64,000 nucleotides of DNA from the human T2T-CHM13v2.0 reference genome, Homo sapiens: the NCBI RefSeq assembly GCF_009914755.1, contig NC_060936.1, one strand, 5' to 3'. Position numbers and translations under genes: made by a program. Under the pieces are notes generated by a model. It saw nothing but the letters and a program-made list of their open reading frames with translations, had not been told where the DNA came from and ran no database searches. Of this stretch, positions 1-13,661 are shown in pieces (position 1 is the first letter of the stretch; each line of letters opens with the position of its first letter).

Positions 1-220
1 GTCTATACTGGGAACTTTATATGCAAACAAATTTCATGTACATGGGCATACAATTCAGATGTACTTACATTCATTATATTATTCCAATCACAGAACCGAA
101 GGAGACCATGTACTCTTTCAAACACACAAATCCCACCCTTCTTATCTGCATGCCTTAGCTTATTTCCTATCTACAGCCTGAAATGCCCTTTCTCTGAATC
201 TGTAAATATACAAATACAAT

Positions 221-646
221 TATTATGGGTTGAATTATATGCACCAAAAAATGCTCAAGTCCTAACCCCCAGGACCTGTCACTATGACCTTATTTGGAAA
301 TTGAGTCTTTGCAAATGCTCACATTTAGATGAAGTCATTAGGGTGGGCCCTAACACAATATGACTGGTGTCCTCACGAAAAAGGGAAATTTAGAGATAAA
401 GACAGCTGTGCGTAGAAGAAAGATGACGTGAAGACACAGGGAGAACATCATCTATGAGCCAAAGAACGTGTGAGGCTACCAGAAGCTGGGAAAGACGCCT
501 GAAACAGATTCTGTCTCACAGCCCTCAGAAGGAACCAACCATGTTAACACCTTGACTTCTGACTTCCAACCTCCAGAACTGTGAGACAATCAATTTCTGT
601 TGTTCTAAGCCACTCACTGCGTAGCAGCCCCTGGGAAACCACCACA
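221..646 (+). mobile_element. MaLR solo LTR, MLT1B/MLT1C2-like
   Basis: Starts TATTATGGGTTGAATT (consensus TGTTATGGGCTGAATT). Has the diagnostic GGGTGGGCCCTAA..ATGACTGGTGTCCT, CCTCAGAAGGAACCAACC and CCTCCAGAACTGTGAGACAAT..TTTCTGTTGTTCTAAGCCAC blocks. Confidence 0.88.
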
Positions 647-1694
647 CAAATCAAATCTCAACATCAACCTGCTTCCCATGGAACATCTTCTCTGAGTGTA
701 GCCTGGTATTTAAAAAAACAATGAACTGTACGTCTTTGTTGACTGACTCACTGTTGGACCCTTGATGAATGACACTATACTAGACCCTGTGATGATACAA
801 ACGTGATATGGTTTTACTGTCGAGACTCTTCTAATCTTTGTGCATGGCAACACATAAACTCTATGTGTACCTGTAAGGCAGGATAACATAGGTGCTAAAC
901 AGATTCAGAATGACAAGTGACAAGAAAAGAACTATCACAGGGAGGGCTCTGTGGAGGAGCTGGTGGGCTTGTGAAGTGGCTCAGGTAATGGTTATCTCCC
1001 TCTTGACAGCATAGGAGACCCCACTAATAATCTTGACTCTGCCTGCATATGCTGCCTTGTCTAAGTAGCCTTGGAGGTCAGAGCAGGTCCTCAGTCTGTG
1101 GTCCTGGGATGCTGTGGACAGACAGGTCATCATAGTTAAGGGAATCCTAGGTAGGCTGTATGTTTTGCTTCCCTTTCTGGTGACTTCTCTGGTGCTTACA
1201 GGGGATTGTGGGAAAGTTGAGTATCAGCAGTCTGGGCGGGTTCGTGTGTATGGAATGTGGAAGCCAGACAACATGCCCCTTTCTTGCTTGCATTGCTGCA
1301 ATAAAAACTCCCCTGGCTGGGGGAGTCTGGGCTGGTAATAGAAAGTGATGTAGGCCATGGTCATCCTTCAACCTAGAGCTGAATCCCAGTGGTGGGGTTT
1401 AGGATCCTAAAGGGCTTTGAGGATCCTCAAGAATATGCCTTGGTCCCTTTCCTAGTCTCTTTACCTTGCCCCTGTCTTGTCCTCCAACCACTCAGAATTT
1501 TGATATGCTTTTATATGGCCAAATGATACCCAAACATTTGAATGCTCTTTTCTTTTCTCACTTGTCTCCGTTTTGGTAACCTGCCTGACAGACCGACTTG
1601 TGCTTCTTCCTATGCTTCATTTATTTCCCCCATTTTTAAACTTAGACATTCATTCTAGCATTTATCCAATACTTATTAAGTGATTACCCCCCCC

Positions 1695-2004
<310 letters not shown>

Positions 2005-4097
2005 TAACTGATTACTCTTTAAATCCAAGACTTTTGCTACTATCTGGTTGGGGTTGGCAGAACTATACAGAAAATGAACATGGGAATGAAGCTGACCTGG
2101 ATCTCATCCTTAGAAACTTAGAATGCTGTAGGATTCATACATCTGGACTGTGAGGTGGAGTGAGACACACATCACCAGATGGCTGCTATTCAACATCTTG
2201 GGCAGGAAACTTTCAAGAAGCAGAAACAACAGCACTCCCAGTTGGCTGGTGGTGGGGAGGTGGGACAGGGTAGAAGGAGTCTCCCCTGTTGGCCAGGTTT
2301 TCACCAGAAATACTGTCCACCATGGAGCAAGGCCTTGCCCTGACCTCAGTGCTAATAACTCAGGAAGCACAGGTCCAGAATAATAGCAGTGTTCCCTTTG
2401 GCCATCTGTGTCCTGAAGATGCCCCCTAGTTGACCTTCCCAACAAGCCTGCCACCTTCTCCATGAAGCCATCCTGTTAATCTCAGGTAGCACTAATGGCT
2501 CCATTTTAACTTCTTGTTAGTACCTATACCATGCCTTATGTTTTAGTTACATTGACTTCAGCCCCTAGATATAAGTACTTGGAGATTAGAAAATATATCC
2601 AATTCAAGTTTTTTATCATTCTGAAGCCTGGCATATTCCCATTTTTCAATATGGGTCAGTAAATAAGTTAACAAATATACATTGATTGAGTGCCTATTAA
2701 GTGTTGGGCACTGAGCTATGCTCTGGAGATCAATACTTTGAACAGAACAGTGTCAATGGTTGCAATATGGTCTGTTCTTATTTGACTCCATTTCCTTTCA
2801 GCCTCCAGCTCCCTGACAGACTTACTGACCACACCTGTGGGCTTGTGCCCCTCTCAGCAAAAGAAACATAAGATGCTCCCTGATGGTGCTGGGAGGTGCC
2901 TCAACATACAGGTGTTCTGGTTGTGATGCCTCATATCTGTAGTCAGGACAGCTTGCTGGGTCCTGTCTTGCCCAAATCCCTGGTTTCCAGCTCCTTGCCT
3001 AAGATCCAGCTCCCTGCGTGGCTAGACTTGCCTGACCACTCTCTTCTCACCTAACTTTTGACCCTTGCTATGGCTTGACCATCAGCTCTTAGATATCCCC
3101 TCAAACCTGGCTCCATCAGGCCAAGCTGCTGATGCCCACTATAAATCCCGTCTTACCATCTTGGACCTGGGTTTCCAGTCTTTATGACACACATGTTCTC
3201 AGGCAAGAAGAAAGGAAGGACAAAATGATACATAGGTATGCCCATATAAGTGTACTTGTCAGTTGGAAACCTGAGAATTGTGTCTTATCAGATTAAAAAA
3301 CAAAACATTCAATAAGAATATAAGTTGGGGAAAAGTGAAGTTAAGTGTTTTAAGATCTTTATACTACCTGTAATGAGCATAAATATATTGTGTAAGTTTA
3401 AAATTTTAGAAATTATGTATGTTTCAATGTTGAGGGTAAATATTAAAATAATACAAGCAGTATAACTCCCTAGCAGAAGGAAAACAGAAATAATAAAAAT
3501 AGACAAACCCAAAAGAAGGTAATAAAAGAAGCAAGGCAAATATAAAAACAAAATAAAATTTTAACCCCCAAATATTAGAAATTTAAAAATTTTAAATGGA
3601 TTAAGTTCTCCAGAAAACACAAAGATTTTCAAGCTGTAGTAAATACATATACACATGACATCATATAAAAATAAATTAACATGAGAGTACTATATTGTAT
3701 AAATACTCATATTTTTGTATATATGCAGTTATAAATACGCACACATACATTCCTGTGTATAATATTTTCAAGAGACGTGTCTAAAATGTAAGGATACAAA
3801 AAGGTGACATATAAAAGGATGGAAAAAATACAGCCGGCAAATAGTAATCAGTAGACATCTTAGAAGAATACACTAATATAAAACAAAATACACTCTAAAC
3901 ATTATTAGAGAAGTATAAATTCACAATGAAAATGTTTTAATTAACACAATTATTACAACTTTGATATGTAAGAACACAAAATAAAGCTTTGTAATATATG
4001 AGAAAAATTTACAGAATTGAACAAGGTATGCTGTCCCCGAAAACCAAATAAACAAAGAATTGCATGAGGAAAAAAGCATAATAGAAGATTTTTATTC

Positions 4098-4199
4098 TAT
4101 GAAATGCTTTACGAACTTGCATGTCATCTTTGTGCAAGGGCCATGCTAATCTTCTCTGTGTTGTTCCAATTTTAGTATATGTGCTGCAGAAGTGAGCAC
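4098..4199 (-). pseudogene. U6 snRNA retropseudogene (RNU6-family)
   Basis: Minus strand reads GTGCTCACTTCTGCAGCACATATACTAAAATTGGAACAACACAGAGAAGATTAGCATGGCCCTTGCACAAAGATGACATGCAAGTTCGTAAAGCATTTCATA. It has about 12 substitutions versus U6 over 102 nt, about half at CpG sites. A 15-bp TSD (13/15 identical) lies at 4078-4092 and 4200-4214. Confidence 0.96.
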
Positions 4200-4604
4200 A
4201 GAATAGGAGATTTTAATATACTTCTGTCATAGATACATCTTGCAGAAAAAGAATAATGACACAGAAGATTTAAACCAGATTAAAAATCTGACCTATTGAA
4301 TGGATATAGAACATTGTACCAAAAAATTACAGAAAACATTTCTTTCAGGCACACAAATAATATTTATAAAAATCTATTATTTCTGGACTTTGAGTCAATC
4401 TCAATAAATTTTACTGGATTGAAATTGTATCAAGCATGATTTCTAATAAAAGCAATTAAGAAATTAACAATTAGAATATTCCCATAAAATGGCAAATTTG
4501 AACACACTTCTTAATAATTAAAGACATGTGGACAGATAACAAAGTATAGTGTTTATTAGGACCTATTTTGAATTAAGGAATCATGAAAATACTACTGAAA
4601 ATTT

Positions 4605-4815
4605 GAGTGTGCTAGAGCTGGTTTGTATCAGCTTGCAATATTAAATGTTAAATATTCAGAAAATTTTCCAACTGGTTGTTAAACCATTTGTAGCTTGAAA
4701 TTGGTCATGGTGGAGTATTTACAAGACAAATATGAAATTGGCATGCTACAAATCAGGCCTTCTTTTTTCCTTTTCCTTTTTAATATTTTTACAAGCTAGT
4801 TACCACAAAACCGTG
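4605..4815 (+). mobile_element. MER63A-like hAT-Blackjack DNA transposon inserted in the L1
   Basis: GTGTGCTAGAGCTGG..TGTTAAATATTCAG..GGTTGTTAAACC..TAGCTTGAAATTGGTCATGGTGGAGTATTTACA..GCTACAAATCAGG follows the MER63A consensus order. Confidence 0.8.
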
Positions 4816-7800
4816 GAATGCAGTTAGAACATGAGATAGAGGGAAATGTATAGCCTCAAAGGCATGGATTGGAAAAAAGATGAGAAGTTTCAACTTCAAA
4901 ATTAGGAAAAACAAAGCAATATAAATCCGAAGAACGTAGATTAAAAGAAACAAGATAAATTAATGAAATAGAAAAATATTATATAAAATAGAGATTAAAC
5001 AAAATCAAAACTTATTTCTTTAAAACTATGACTAAAATTGACAAACCTCTGGTGAAATTGACCAAGAAGGTGAAGAAATGTACAAATAATATTAGGAATG
5101 AAAAAGTGAACATTAGTACAGATACAGTACACATTAAGATAATAGGATACATGAAAAACTTAATGCCAATATGTTTGAAAATAAATATGAAATATATACA
5201 TCCTTGGAAAAATGTAACTTGCCAAAATCTTATTCATGAAGAAATAAGAATCCTGAATTGTTCTTTAATTATTGAAAAAAATCTTATCTAGAACACTCTA
5301 GGCCCAGATGATTTTATCAGTAAGTTCTATAAATGTTTGAGGGAGAAATATTTCCAGTTTATACACATTTCTTCAGACAACAGGATAATAGGGCACTTCA
5401 TTATGTTTTATGACGCTATATGTAATTTTGATTGTAACACTCAACAAAGGCAAAATGAGAAAGAAAAATTAGAGCCCAATCTTATGCATGAATGTAATAT
5501 AAAATGTAAAGTACAATTAGTAAATTGAAATCAGGAATATATAAAAAATATATATATCATGACTAATTTGGGTTTTTCTTAGGAATGCAAGATTAGTGTG
5601 ACTTAGGAAAAGCAATTTATGCAACTCACCACATTAACAAAAAAGAAAAATGATGTGATTATCACAGACTCAGGGAGATTACTTGGTAAAAGTCAACATT
5701 CATTTATAAAACTCTTACCAAAATAGGAATAGAATAGTATCTACTACAGTCTTATTGCAAACATCACGTTTAATGTTGAAACTTTGAGAATACTTTTGAA
5801 ATTTGAAACAAGACAAGAATTCCCACTATTGTTCCTTCTATTCAATTTTGTTCTGGAGTTCCTTGCTGGCTCAGTAAAATAACAAAAAGAAATAAAAGGT
5901 GTGAGAATTGAAAAGTGGGGAAGAGTAACTGCCACTATTCATAGATGAGATCTGTAGAAAATCCAAAGGAATTCATAGGAAAATTATTATAATTAATTTG
6001 AGAGTTTGACATGGTTCTAGCATTCACGTTCAATACTCAAACAATAAATTTAATTCATATAATCAAGCACGAAATTGAAAATGAAATGAAAGTGCTACCA
6101 TTTATAATAGCATAAAACAAGATGATATCCTTGGGAATAAAACTAACAAAATATTTCTGTTTAAGGCTTCACCCAAGAAAATTAAAAGTCTTATTGAGAC
6201 ATTAAAAAAGAAAACAAAATAAGTGGATTGTATACTGTTTATAATCAGAATAGTTGATTTTTGTAAAAATGTCACTTGAATTCTAAGTTCCACACAAACC
6301 CAACAAAACTTCTTGAATTTGTATTTTTTGTTTAACTTGGCAGGCTGATTTTAAAATTTATATGAATATGCAAAAAGTTAGAATATCCAAGATACTCTTG
6401 AAGTAGAACTCACTAGCTGTATCATATGTCAAGATTAGTGGGAAAAGCAAGGATTATTCAACAAATTACTGAAGCAATTAGGTACCCACATGGGAAAAAA
6501 TTGTGAGCTTTACCTCATGCCATATACTACAAAAGTCAGTTTCAGTGGATTAAAGACTATGGGTGGAAGAAAAATCAATTACAAAAGATATGACATCAGA
6601 AAAAAAAATAAACCACAGAGTTGGAGAAAATATTTTTAGCTTCTATAACAAACAACAGAGTAGTATCAGAAACATTTAATGAATTCCTCCAAATCACTAA
6701 GGAAAAGGCAAACCAATTTTCCCATTTTACTCAGTGGGACAAATGAGTAAAAGGCTTAAACAGATGCTGTACAAAAAGGAAACGCAAATGGAACTAAATA
6801 TAAGATCAATCAGTAAATCAAATATAGTCATAAAGAGATTTCTTACATACTTACTTCATGGGCAAAAGCCAGTAAGGTCTGACCATGAAAAGGTAGTGGA
6901 AAATTGGAAGCTCCTCCACTGCTGGTGAGAGTATAAGTTGGTGCAACTACTTGGAAATCAGTTTGGCATTATTTAGTATATTGCTTCTAAATATACACAC
7001 CCAGAAATATAATCCTGGGTATACGCCCTAGCAATTTTGTGCATATGTGTACCAGTCAACCTTTACAAGCATGTGCATGGCAGCACTGCAGCACTGTTCG
7101 TAATAACTCTAGCACTGATACAATCTAGATACCCATAAACAGAATAGATGAATTATACTTTGTAGTATATTCACACAATGAAATACCGTACAGCAATAAT
7201 AGTGCCCCAGCTCCACAGTATATGCAAATCTCAAACACAGTATCTAATGAAAGAAACGAGATTCAAATAATACAGAATGATTCCATTTATATATATTTCC
7301 AAAACAGGGAACAAGACTTTAGAGTTGCATCATGAGTGGTAAAACCATAAAAAGCAAAGAAATGACAATCACAAAAGTCAATGTTGTAGTGACCTCTGAG
7401 AGGAAATGGTAAAGTAGTAATCAGTAAAGGGACATACATGACCTTCTATGGTGAAGGTTCCTTTTTGGCCTGGCTGGTAGACATGTGGGTGTCCTCTGTA
7501 TTTTATTTATTTGTTAAACTGCATGTGTTTTGTGTACTTTTTTGCACATATACCCATATATCATAACTTTGTTAAAAGGGTAGGGGAAGATTAAATTATC
7601 ATCCCTGGATGGCAGTGTCCATCTGCTAATGGCTGTGGAAGATACTTGATCCACAGAAGTTGTGAGTAGCCTGGGTAAACTTTGAAGAATACATGGAAAA
7701 AAAAAAACAAAACCCAGAGCAGTCCATCTGGGAGCCAAGGACACCGAGTCTAAGACTTTTGGAGAGGACTTGAGAAGGAATTTTCTGTTCATTGTTCCAG

Positions 7801-7849
7801 CTTCTCTTGCAACAAGTCTTGGCCCCGAGTGGTCACTTAACACACATCA

Positions 7850-8200
7850 GCTGAGCACCATTAGTGTGCCAGCAACATGTGCTAGGCACTGGGGATGCAG
7901 AATGCAATAATACTTAGGCCTTCAGAGTTTACCACCCATAGAAAAGATGAAGGAGGAAACCAATGATTACAGTAGGGTGCAGGCTAGTCTAAGGGCAGAG
8001 ATGTCTTCCCAGAAGAGAAGACACCTTAGCTCTGTTTTAGAGGACAATTGCCAGGCAGAGTAGTGAAGGATAGTCCAGGAGAAGGGAACCGCATGAGGAT
8101 AAGCAAGAAATAGCAGGTGCATGCTAGAAACAACAGGTCTATATGTCTGGAGTGCTCTTAGCATATGCAGGCTGACCTTTTATCCTGTGTTGAAGGTTTA
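7850..8200 (-). mobile_element. L2 3' fragment
   Basis: CTGAGCACCATTAGTGTGCCAGCAACATGTGCTAGGCACTGGGGATGCAG is the antisense L2 3'-end signature. Confidence 0.6.
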
Positions 8201-8959
8201 TTGTTTGAACCTCATCTATCCCTGGCATGCTGCAATGATGGGTTAATTAAATCTAGAAGGTCTTTACAGCTTTAAGAGCCACAGAGAATATTCCTGGAAG
8301 GGATATTCTTAAGGGGTTCAAATCAGTATTAATATTAACACATTTTTACTGAGTGCCTACTATAAGCCAAATGGGTGCTCAGCTGGCAGACATAGAAGGC
8401 AGGATGTGGGGAAGTTAGATAAAAAGTATTTCTGTTGAGCCCACAAAATATAAAGCTGATAATGCTTTACATTTATACAGCATTTTGCCATTTTTAAACT
8501 TTTCCACAAATATTTGGTTTAAGGAGGAGAGAGCTCTGACTAGGGGTTTTGACTAGGATTGACACATGCCATACACAGCAGTAGCGGGAGATCTCTGTCA
8601 TGGACTGCTGACCCCTCGTCTGGGATTTATTAAAGGCTGACAGAGGAAGATGAAGACACTCTGCTCTTCTCGTAGCATTACTAGGTGGACTGGAATAAAG
8701 TGGTTTATAGCCTCTCAGGGCTGGATTTTTCCTTTGGTAGAATTGCTTTGACATCCTTAGCAGAAAGGTTTTCATAAGGGCCTGCTCAACAGAGCAACAG
8801 CAGTAATAATAATCCTGTAAGTGTAATCCAGGCTGAGGCAGCAGGAAAAAAGGCCACAGGAGATGCACTCGCAGGTTTACCCGGAAACAGAGGATGACTA
8901 GTGCTATGTAACGCCTTCTCCTTTCATCACAGTCTCCTGAAAATAGTAAAGAGTTTAAA

Positions 8960-9135
8960 GTAAGAAGATGTGGTTTTAGCATTGGTTCAATCACTACTTA
9001 GCTATGTGAACTTAGGCGAGCTATGGAACCTCTCTGAGACTCAATTTTCTCACCTGTAAAATGAGGATGATAACCTCTGCCTGCCTCAGTGATTATGGGA
9101 TGGAAATGAGATTAGTGTCTGCGAAAGGTGTTTCC
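8960..9135 (+). mobile_element. MIR SINE
   Basis: MIR core GCTATGTGAACTTAGGCGAG..AACCTCTCTGAGACTCAATTTTCTCACCTGTAAAATGAGGATGATAA. Confidence 0.8.
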
Positions 9136-10682
9136 AATGGAAAAGCTTGTCTCAAATGAAGGAAATTATGTTTTTGTTGTTTATTGTTCTAACTCAGTCC
9201 TTTTATAGGATCTTCTTGGTTAGCTCTGTTTTCAGGCAGAGAGTTTATTAGAGTTTATTTTTTATATTTTGTCTCCTGCAATGTAGCTCCCTATTCTGTC
9301 TACCAAATAGCAAATTGCTACATTATTTCTTTATTGTTTGACACTTAGGTTCTCAGCCTAATAGTCTGTTTACTTAAATATTTCAGAGCCTCTTAGCATT
9401 TCAAAAGAGTGTTTTTAAAAATCAGCTATGAAAAAACCAGATGAGTAAATAGAGGCATAATTGCTCACTATTCTAGGCTCAGCAGTTATCTATTGAACTG
9501 TACACATGCAGAGAGAAAAAACAAAAATAATAAAACATATTATCTTGGGAACAGACGTAGGAATTATCTATAAATTTGCTAATCAGTGCTGGTCCTTGGT
9601 GGTTAAATTTACCTCCACCTGAAAACCGGGTTTGGAAAGGACAGATCCGAAGAAAGTTTTTGTTCTCCTAAACAGTGGGTCAGAAGCAGTCTCTGCTGCA
9701 ATCTGATAGTCTTGTTGTAAGACACATAGCGACAGGGGTTCCCTACAGCTTTGAAAAGCAGAAACCTGGAGGTTCTCACTGATTTTGATTTCTGGATCTT
9801 GACTTCCCTTTCTTTTCTTTTGTAATGTTACAGCCCCACTGAGCTTGGTTCTAGAGGACATTTGATTAAAATGTTATTTTTAGCAAATACATAATTTCCC
9901 ACATTAAAATTCAAAAACCCAAGAGGACAGCTTAGGCTTGTAACTGTGCAATGCTGTCGGCCACTGGTGTCCAACAGAATCTGAACAAGAAGAAAAGGGA
10001 AAAATAATCCAGCCCACGAAATGTGTCCTAGCCTTAAGAAAATGTTGTCAAAGCCCCGGTCTCCAAATACACCACCTTCCTTGGTGCTCACAGCATTCAT
10101 AACCCCCTTTACTGGGAACCCATTGTCCAAGGGGCATGTCCTTTTCCAGACTGAGGAACAGCTCTGGAGATGGGCTGTAGCCCAGATGTCAGGCGATGGA
10201 CAGGCTGTGGAGAAGGAGGAGGTGCTGAGCTCCCTGACTTGTTCAGCACAGGCCTAAATTTGCTGTGACGCAATTCAGCGTGTGCTGCCCCAACACTGAA
10301 TATAGTCGCAGCTCTGAGTCAGCCTCTGGCCCCATTTTCTCATGGCTTTAGAAGCCGTGTGCTGCTGGGGGCAGACATGGACACCAGTGTCCCAGCAGGA
10401 TTCACTTGCTCCTGGTGTCAGATCAAGGTCCTCACAGGGCTTGACCTCCTGTCCCCCGTGCATGCTTCCAAAGATGCACTAGCCCACTTGGCAGGAGACT
10501 GAAAGTCTTTGACATCTGTGAAGTTAGAGCAATAGAAAGTCCTTTCTGGTTAATTTAGATTAATAGAGGTTTATCATATATAGAACTTGTATATTTCTGG
10601 TTTTGAAGGAATTGAAATGTATTTCCTATGCACTTACTGCATTTCTAGTGCTTAGGTCTGTATCTTAAGATGTTTAAAACTT

Positions 10683-10940
10683 GGCTGGGTGTGGTGGCTC
10701 ATGCCTGTAATCCCAGCACTTTGGGAGGTCAAGGACCTCCACCTGAGGTCAGGGGTTCGAGACCAGCCTGGCCAACATGATGAAACCCTGTCTCTACTAA
10801 AAATACAAAAATTAGCTGGGCATGGTGGTGGGTGCCTATAATCCCAGATACTCAGGGGGCTGAGGCAGGAGAATCCCTTAAACTTAGGGGGTGGAAGTTG
10901 CAGTGAGCCGAATCGCACCACTGCAAAACTGGGCGTCACA
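10683..10940 (+). mobile_element. AluS (Sx-like) with eroded 3' end
   Basis: GGCTGGGTGTGGTGGCTCATGCCTGTAATCCCAGCACTTTGGGAGG..CACCTGAGGTCAGG..GAGGCAGGAGAATC. There is no poly-A tail; a (TG)n tract follows instead. Confidence 0.92.
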
Positions 10941-10948
10941 CATATATA

Positions 10949-10952
<4 letters not shown>

Positions 10953-10978
<26 letters not shown>
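10953..10978. repeat. (TG)13 microsatellite
   Basis: Read directly from the sequence. Confidence 0.95.
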
Positions 10979-10979
<1 letters not shown>

Positions 10980-11375
10980 ATGGTAAACAGTTTAAAACAT
11001 GAGAAACAATTAAAAAGCCCTGACCAGGAAAGAAATTGGGATTCAGACAAGACAGCAATCAAGGAGAGAGTTGTGATCTGAGATGATTTTCCAGAGTAGT
11101 TAAGGTATTCCAGGGCTTTGAAGCACCAGCAGGATTTACATGGGTTTGAGGGAGGAAAAACAAGAATGGCAGGGAAGTGAGAATAAATGCATAGTTCTTA
11201 CAAAAAAAAAGAAAAAAGAATGATTTAATCTTTCTTTGCCTGCTCAGATGTCTTTACAGAAATCCAGGATCCTTCTAGATCACGATGGGCAGTGTGCAGA
11301 AGCATCAGTTAGGAGTGTGCCAGGTGACAGAACAGTGTTGACAGCTTTCATTTCAGTTCCCAGGTCTCCTTTTAG

Positions 11376-11688
<313 letters not shown>

Positions 11689-13616
11689 TGAATGTACTTT
11701 TTTAAAGTTAAAAAATAGAAACCTAGTGAGAATGCCAGAACTTTCTTATTGGGCTAGTGAAAGCACCAGGGTATTTGCATCCTGTCAGGGGAATCAGCCT
11801 CTTATCCCCAGATCCACCTCTCACTTACTTGGTAAGCTGGGGTCACAAAGGAAATAGCATTTTATGCCTGAGCCTGAAAAATGGAACTAATAACAGGTCC
11901 CCTTGTGTATAAATAAAGCCACATCAGTGATAAGCAATATGTATACTATTCCTTATGCTGTTAAGAAGAAAAGATTAAAATAGTTTCAAAGAATTATGAT
12001 GACGATTACATGTGCCTGGAGACTAGGGATTGATTTTCAATTCATTGACAATTTAACAAGTTCTTGCTGTTGTCTTAGAATTGGAAGGGACATTCCAACT
12101 GGAATTAGAATTGGAAGAGGTTAATCTACTGGAGAAATCTTGGGTTTGGGATTTAGAAAAGCTTGACTTTGAATTCTGAATCACTTACTCTTTGCATCAT
12201 TTTTCCTTCCTGCATTAAAGAAATATGTATTAACCTCCTATGAGGAGTTGTAAATTAAGCTTTTGGAGACTCAGTTTCCTCATCAATAAAATAAAGATTA
12301 AAGTGTAACTCTCCTGAGGTTATGATAGTATCTGGCATATAGTAGACCTTAAATGAGTATTAGTTATCCTCTTGAAATTAATAGATGAAGGAACTGAATA
12401 AGACATGGCTACTTAGAAAGCTTAAAGTATATGCAGGAGGGAAGTCATGGCAGTGCCAGATTATAAGACCAGGCAGAATGCAGCTAGAGGTGGGATATAA
12501 ATGAGCTGAGATTGTCTGGATGGACAGGAGTGGGTGCAATAAAGATTGGGGCCATGATGGTTGAATGGAGAATGTGGATCCTGATCTGCTGAAGCAGGTG
12601 CCCCAGAAGCAAACATGGTGTGAAACGATAAAAAGTGTCCCACGTCAAACTTTACCTTGTCTACCACTTAGTTTAAGGTTGGCTTTTTGGGGAAGGTACA
12701 TGCATGCATTCTTCTTTTCATTTGTTAATTCATTGAAGAAACATTTATTACCCCTCCCTGTGTTGGGCATTTTCCTAGCTCTGGGGATGCAATCAAAGAA
12801 CTTATAGAAGAGGGGAGAAGAAAAACAAGTAAACAGACCTTATAAATTGGTGTGATAAATATTAAGATGGTGACAAGACACATGCCTTAATGCCTCCTGA
12901 GGGTGGCACAAAACTAAGAGTTGGTCCTAGATTGCCATTCACTGGCTGTAGCATCTTGGGAGGATCAAGCCTCCTAACCTTCATTGTCTCCTCTGCCCTC
13001 TGCTTTATTGATTTGAGGATCAATTGAAATCATGTACTGAAGAGCTCTTTGGATTCTCTGTTATATAAATGTACATTTTAATAATCATCAATGAATCCAT
13101 CATACTTATGCCAGGTCTGACCCCCTTTTAATTTTCCTGTAATAAATAGCATCTGTCAGACACATTTTATTACCAGCTCCATATTTCTTGGCCTGGCTTC
13201 TTTTTTATTTGAACCTGTTTAACTCTTAATGTGTAGTTCTTTCTACCAATGTGATTGTATCCATGCCTGTGTGTCCTGTGGAATTTTAGGGAAGTCTAAT
13301 AAGGTTTAAAACTGCCTTTGGAAAGAGGGAAGAGGACTGATCATTAATGAGGAAAAGACTAAGGCATAAAGAGTTAGAGGGGAGAGTTGAAAGAAAGATC
13401 AAAGCAAGAATGTGAAGGGTGGGGTTGAGCAGCAGAGGGGACAGAGATGGAAATAAAACCCAGAAGAATAGAAAGAGTTGAGAGGGAAAGGCGGAGGAAG
13501 AGACAGATGCAGCCCTCCAGCTGGTGGAGGAGAGAAAAAGGTGCCTCCCATTTAAAACTGCACATATCCCTATCTGTAATATTTCTGCTGATGTCTGAAT
13601 AGAGAGAAAAATGTAT

Positions 13617-13621
<5 letters not shown>

Positions 13622-13657
<36 letters not shown>
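13622..13657. repeat. (TG)18 microsatellite
   Basis: Read directly. It accounts for the HTHTH and CVCVC ORFs in the track. Confidence 0.95.

Positions 13658-13661
<4 letters not shown>

Larger units (their letters stand above)
3300..7575 (+). mobile_element. Degraded ancient L1 (L1ME-like): inter-ORF region, ORF2 and 3' UTR
   Basis: A-rich sense strand. ORF 5028-5291 (KIDKPLVKLTKK..IRNEKVNISTDT) resembles L1 ORF2p. The RT-region remnant ACAAGACAAGAATTCCCACTATTG..TTCAAT lies near 5810, and an L1M-type 3' UTR ends near 7570. Many stops and frameshifts. Confidence 0.85.

Noticed and set aside
8494-8994. Longest ORF in the track (166 aa, minus strand)
   Set aside because: Non-ATG start in a MIR and no recognisable domain. 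A chance ORF of this length is plausible in 64 kb.
9613-9742. Possible 130-nt minus-strand exon (TGTAG|..GAG|GTAAAT) within ORF 9583-9861
   Set aside because: The pyrimidine tract is interrupted by a competing AAG, the open frames resemble no protein I recognise, and no partner exons were found.
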